Source: Alphaproteobacteria bacterium
Lineage (GTDB): Bacteria > Pseudomonadota > Alphaproteobacteria > UBA7887
Length of the DNA: 64,000 bases
Direction: 5' to 3'
Assembly (NCBI GenBank): GCA_965216755.1
Contig: CBDCGL010000011.1
Location: forward strand, 3,360,001 to 3,424,000
Shown: piece after piece, positions 59,827-64,000 of the stretch
Position numbering within the stretch: the first letter of the stretch is position 1
Layout: each line of letters opens with the position of its first letter
Made by a program: the position numbers and the translations under genes
Notes under the pieces: generated by a model
Database searches by the model: none
What the model was told of the DNA's origin: nothing
The model's input: the letters and a program-made list of their open reading frames with translations, nothing else

Positions 59827-62243
59827 AACTGACATTGGGCTGGCTCAGAGAGCATTTGGATACCGACGTGTCTTTGGACGCATTGGTCGATCGCTTGACG
59901 ATGCTTGGGCTCGAGGTCGAGGACGTCATCGACCGCGGCGCCGATCTGAAACCGTTCACGGTTGGATATGTCGAATCCGTGGTTCAGCATCCCAATGCCG
60001 ATCGGTTGCGTGTTTGCACCGTAAAAACTGGATCGGACGTGCTTGACGTGGTGTGCGGCGCGCCGAATGCGCGCACCGGCATAAAGGGCGTGTTCGCTCC
60101 CATTGGCGCGCGCATACCGGGGACCGGCATGGTGCTTGAGTCACGCCCAATTCGAGGTGTCACCGGGTACGGCATGCTGTGTTCTGAACGCGAAATGGGC
60201 CTCAGCGATGAACATGAGGGGATCATCGAGCTGCCCGATGATGCGCCGATCGGGGCGCCATTCGCCACCGTCATGGGGCTTGATGATCCGGTCATCGATA
60301 TTGCGATTACACCGGATCGCGGCGATTGCCTGGGCGTGGCCGGTATCGCGCGCGACCTGGCGGCGGCCGGTGTCGGCAAGCTGACCACGCGCGCGGTCGC
60401 GTCGATAGATGGGGGTGGTGACAGCCCGATCGGGGTGCGTCTGGTGTTCGACGACCAGGTCGCCGATGCCTGTTCGTTGTTCGTCGGTCGATTGATCACC
60501 GGGGTCGAGAACGGGCCCAGCCCGGCGTGGTTACGGCAACGTCTGACCGCGGTTGGTCTGCGGCCGATTTCGGCGCTGGTCGATATCACCAACTATGTGA
60601 TGCTCGATCGCAATCGGCCACTGCACGTCTTTGATGCTGATTCCCTGGCCGGTCATGTCCATGTGCGGCTCGCTCGAAATGGCGAACAAATCACCGCCTT
60701 GGATGACGTCACCTATACCCTCAACGACCAAGTCACCGTGGTCGCCGACGATGACGGGCCGATCGCATTGGGCGGTGTTATCGGTGGTGAAAGCACCGGA
60801 TGCACCCAGGAAACCGTCAATGTGTTCTTGGAAAGCGCCGTATTTGATCCGGCGCGCACCGCCCAGACAGGCCGCGCCCTCGGCATCGAATCGGATGCCC
60901 GCTACCGCTTCGAACGCGGCATCGATGCCAGTTTCGCCGCCGCCGGTGCCGATATGGCGACACGTCTGATTCTGGACCTGTGCGGCGGCGAGGCGCAGGC
61001 TCGGGTGATCGCCGGTCAGGTACCGGATCGCCGGCGCACAATCAGCTTCAGACCGGCGCGCGTGCACGCCCTGGGTGGCCTCGATGTCAGCAAGAGCGAA
61101 AGCATTGCGATTTTGGACGCGCTCGGGTTCGATTCGCGCGCCGACGGGAAGGTCCTGTCGGTTTCCTTACCGCCCTGGCGCCCGGATATCGACGGCGAGG
61201 CTGATTTGGTCGAGGAAGTGCTGCGCGTCCGCGGCTATGATCGGATTCCGGCCGTGTCGATGGCGCGTGACGGCGCGGTCGCCGTTCCAGCGCTCGACCG
61301 CGGCCAGCGGCGGGTGCGCTTGAGCCGGCGGGTGCTGGCAAGTCGTGGCCTCAATGAATGCGTCACCTGGTCGTTTGTTGCGGAAGGTCATGCGGCGCTG
61401 TTTGGTGGTGGCAAGCCGGCCTTGAAACTTGATAACCCGATCAGTGCCGATCTGGCCGAAATGCGACCATCGATCTTGCCCCATCTGATCGCCGCCGCGG
61501 GCCGCAATGTTGATCGCGGGTTCGCCACCGTCGGCCTGTTCGAAGTCGGACCGCAATACGCGGACGATACGCCGGATGGCCAAGCGACCGTTGCCGCCGG
61601 CGTCCGCCGCGGCCAGACCGGTGATCGCCACTGGTTGGCGCCGCCGCGCGATGTTGACGCATTTGACGCCAAAGCCGATGTGTTTGCGGTCTTGAGCGCG
61701 CTCGGCGCGCCGGTCGAACGCCTGTCCGTGTCGACCGACGCGCCCGGTTGGTATCACCCTGGCCAATCGGGTGTGCTGCGCTTGGGGCCGAAGACCGCGT
61801 TGGCCAATTTCGGTAGCCTGCATCCGGGCGTTTTGGTCGCCTTGGATGTGACCGGTCCCATGATTGCGTTTGAAATCATGATCGATGCCGTGCCAATGGC
61901 GAAGGCCAAGCCGACCAAGGCGCGACCGGCCTATCGAGTGTCTGATTTCCCGACGGTGACCCGCGATTTCGCGTTCTTGGTTGACGACCATGTGCCGGTC
62001 GAAAAGATGCTGCGCGCCGTTCGCGATATTGGCGGCAAGCCGCCCCACAAAATCCCCTTCGGCGCGGTCACATTGTTCGATGTCTACAGCGGTGACGGTG
62101 TCGCCGCGGGCAAGCGTTCGGTCGCCTTCAGTGTTGTCCTGCAGCCGACCGAGCGCACATTGACCGAGGAGGATATTCAGGGCGTCAGCCAAGCGATTGT
62201 CGCCCGCGTCACCAAAACCACCGGCGCCGAATTGCGCGGCTAA
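59823..62243 (+). CDS. pheT: Phenylalanyl-tRNA synthetase beta subunit
   Basis: HPNADRL, CGAPN, TPDRGD, RFERG, DLVEE, FDX-ACB C-terminus. Confidence 0.97.
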   Translation: MKLTLGWLREHLDTDVSLDALVDRLTMLGLEVEDVIDRGADLKPFTVGYVESVVQHPNADRLRVCTVKTGSDVLDVVCGAPNARTGIKGVFAPIGARIPGTGMVLESRPIRGVTGYGMLCSEREMGLSDEHEGIIELPDDAPIGAPFATVMGLDDPVIDIAITPDRGDCLGVAGIARDLAAAGVGKLTTRAVASIDGGGDSPIGVRLVFDDQVADACSLFVGRLITGVENGPSPAWLRQRLTAVGLRPISALVDITNYVMLDRNRPLHVFDADSLAGHVHVRLARNGEQITALDDVTYTLNDQVTVVADDDGPIALGGVIGGESTGCTQETVNVFLESAVFDPARTAQTGRALGIESDARYRFERGIDASFAAAGADMATRLILDLCGGEAQARVIAGQVPDRRRTISFRPARVHALGGLDVSKSESIAILDALGFDSRADGKVLSVSLPPWRPDIDGEADLVEEVLRVRGYDRIPAVSMARDGAVAVPALDRGQRRVRLSRRVLASRGLNECVTWSFVAEGHAALFGGGKPALKLDNPISADLAEMRPSILPHLIAAAGRNVDRGFATVGLFEVGPQYADDTPDGQATVAAGVRRGQTGDRHWLAPPRDVDAFDAKADVFAVLSALGAPVERLSVSTDAPGWYHPGQSGVLRLGPKTALANFGSLHPGVLVALDVTGPMIAFEIMIDAVPMAKAKPTKARPAYRVSDFPTVTRDFAFLVDDHVPVEKMLRAVRDIGGKPPHKIPFGAVTLFDVYSGDGVAAGKRSVAFSVVLQPTERTLTEEDIQGVSQAIVARVTKTTGAELRG

Positions 62244-62270
62244 ACCCTATTGTGCCCGCATCGCACGCTC

Positions 62271-64000
62271 ATGACTGATCAAGCTCACATTCGCAATTTC
62301 GCGATCATCGCGCATATCGACCATGGCAAATCGACCTTGGCCGATCGCTTGATCCAGTGTTGCGGTGGTCTCGCCGATCGCGAGATGAAGGATCAGGTGC
62401 TCGACAGTATGGATCTGGAGCGCGAGCGCGGCATCACGATCAAGGCGCAATCGGTGCGGCTATCTTATCATGCGGGCGACGGTGCGACCTATCAGCTCAA
62501 TTTGATCGACACGCCGGGCCACGTCGATTTTTCCTACGAAGTCAATCGCAGCTTGTCGGCCTGCGAAGGCTCGCTCTTGGTGGTTGATGCCAGCCAAGGG
62601 GTCGAAGCGCAGACCTTGGCGAACGTTTATCAGGCGATCGAAGTCGACCACGAGATCGTCGTCGTGCTCAATAAGATCGACCTGCCGGCGGCGGAGCCGG
62701 ACCGGGTGCGCCAGCAAATCGAGGACGTGATTGGTTTGGACGCCGGCGACGCCTTGCAGATTTCAGCCAAGACCGGTGTTGGTATCGACGATGTTTTGGA
62801 AGCGGTGGTGCAACGGCTGCCGGCGCCGTCCGGCGATGCGCAAGCGCCGCTAAAGGCGCTGTTGGTGGATTCCTGGTACGACCCCTATTTGGGCGTCATG
62901 ATTCTGGTGCGGGTGCGCGACGGCAGGTTGGCCAAGGGCATGAAAGTGCGCTTCATGGCGACCGGCTCGGTGCACCAAGTGGAACAAGTGGGCGTTTTCA
63001 CGCCGCGCATGACCAAGGTGGAAAGTTTGGGGCCGGGTGAAGTCGGCTTTATCACGGCGGCGATCAAGACCGTCGCCGATACCCATGTCGGCGATACGAT
63101 CACCGACGAGCGGCGGCCGACAGCGACGCCCTTGCCGGGGTTCAAACCAAGCGTGCCGGTGGTGTTTTGTGGACTCTATCCGGCCGATTCGGCCGATTAT
63201 GAGCGGTTGCGCGACAGTCTCGCCAAATTGCGGCTCAATGACGCCAGCTTCGCCTTCGATCCGGAAACCTCGGCGGCCCTTGGTCTCGGCTTCCGGTGCG
63301 GGTTTCTGGGCCTGCTGCATTTGGAAATCATTCAGGAGCGGTTGGAGCGCGAATTCGACCTTGACCTGGTGACCACGGCACCGAGTGTCATCTACCAAGT
63401 CCATCGCACCGACGGCACCACCCAGGAACTCCACAATCCCGCCGATTTGCCGGATCCGGTGCAGATCACGTTCATCGAAGAGCCGTGGATCCGGGCGACC
63501 ATCATGGTCCCCGACGAACATCTGGGCGCGGTACTGTCACTGTGCACCGAAAAACGCGGCCAGCAGGTGGAGCTGACCTATGTCGGCAATCGTGCCATGC
63601 TGATCTACCGGTTGCCGCTCAACGAGGTTGTGTTCGACTTCTATGATCGGCTGAAATCGGTTAGCCGTGGCTATGCCAGCTTTGATTATGAGCTTGACAG
63701 CTATGAGCGTGGCGACTTGGTCAAGGTGTCGATGCTCGTCAACGGCGATGCGGTCGACAGTCTGGCATTCATCGCACATCGCGAAAAATCCGAGTCGCGC
63801 GGCCGTGCCTTGTGCGAGCGCCTGAAGGAACTGATTCCGCGCCAGATGTTCAAGATCGCCATTCAGGCGGCGATTGGCGGCAAGGTTATTGCGCGTGAAA
63901 CCGTCAGTGCGCTACGCAAGGATGTCACCGCCAAATGCTATGGCGGCGATGTGACACGCAAACGCAAACTGCTGGAAAAGCAGAAGGCGGGCAAAAAGCG
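62271..64000 (+). CDS. lepA: Elongation factor 4 (LepA), partial at window end
   Basis: [52 protein letters not shown]. Confidence 0.97.
   Translation, partial: MTDQAHIRNFAIIAHIDHGKSTLADRLIQCCGGLADREMKDQVLDSMDLERERGITIKAQSVRLSYHAGDGATYQLNLIDTPGHVDFSYEVNRSLSACEGSLLVVDASQGVEAQTLANVYQAIEVDHEIVVVLNKIDLPAAEPDRVRQQIEDVIGLDAGDALQISAKTGVGIDDVLEAVVQRLPAPSGDAQAPLKALLVDSWYDPYLGVMILVRVRDGRLAKGMKVRFMATGSVHQVEQVGVFTPRMTKVESLGPGEVGFITAAIKTVADTHVGDTITDERRPTATPLPGFKPSVPVVFCGLYPADSADYERLRDSLAKLRLNDASFAFDPETSAALGLGFRCGFLGLLHLEIIQERLEREFDLDLVTTAPSVIYQVHRTDGTTQELHNPADLPDPVQITFIEEPWIRATIMVPDEHLGAVLSLCTEKRGQQVELTYVGNRAMLIYRLPLNEVVFDFYDRLKSVSRGYASFDYELDSYERGDLVKVSMLVNGDAVDSLAFIAHREKSESRGRALCERLKELIPRQMFKIAIQAAIGGKVIARETVSALRKDVTAKCYGGDVTRKRKLLEKQKAGKK

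Noticed and set aside
1-64000. CRISPR arrays, tRNA/rRNA genes, integrases, transposases, prophage genes, ops/JUMPstart elements
   Set aside because: None recognised by manual reading; intergenic spaces are short and lack periodic repeats

Overview
GC-rich alphaproteobacterial (Rhodospirillales-like) chromosomal segment. Bases 1 to ~27.9 kb are a surface-glycan island. It holds a pseudaminic-acid-type nonulosonate pathway (pseB, pseC, PseG-, PseH- and NeuB-like genes, two cytidylyltransferases) and a WbpB/D/E-like block for 2,3-diacetamido-uronate. It also has an ABC flippase-like exporter, two candidate ulosonate transferases, GT4 enzymes and many tailoring enzymes (WbuX/PseA-like fragment, sulfotransferase, ATP-grasp, SpsF-class III aminotransferase fusion, PIG-L deacetylase, KAS III, two AsnB-like enzymes, methyltransferase). 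The rest is mostly housekeeping: rsmB-rpe-heparinase II/III, htpX, acs, EVE-Rieske, dapE, def-fmt-truA, rmuC, ffs-dnaX-ybaB-recR, nudC, pheA, thrS-infC-rpmI-rplT-pheS-pheT and partial lepA. Accessory signals in that part are an orphan HicB-like gene inside def-fmt-truA, a lower-GC FkbM islet, and a perfect 23-bp inverted-repeat element that supplies the pheA stop codon. Two non-canonical starts are inferred (CTG, ATC), and there are structured leaders around infC/rpmI. No tRNA, rRNA, CRISPR array, integrase or transposase was seen. All calls come from motif recognition by eye; no searches were run.
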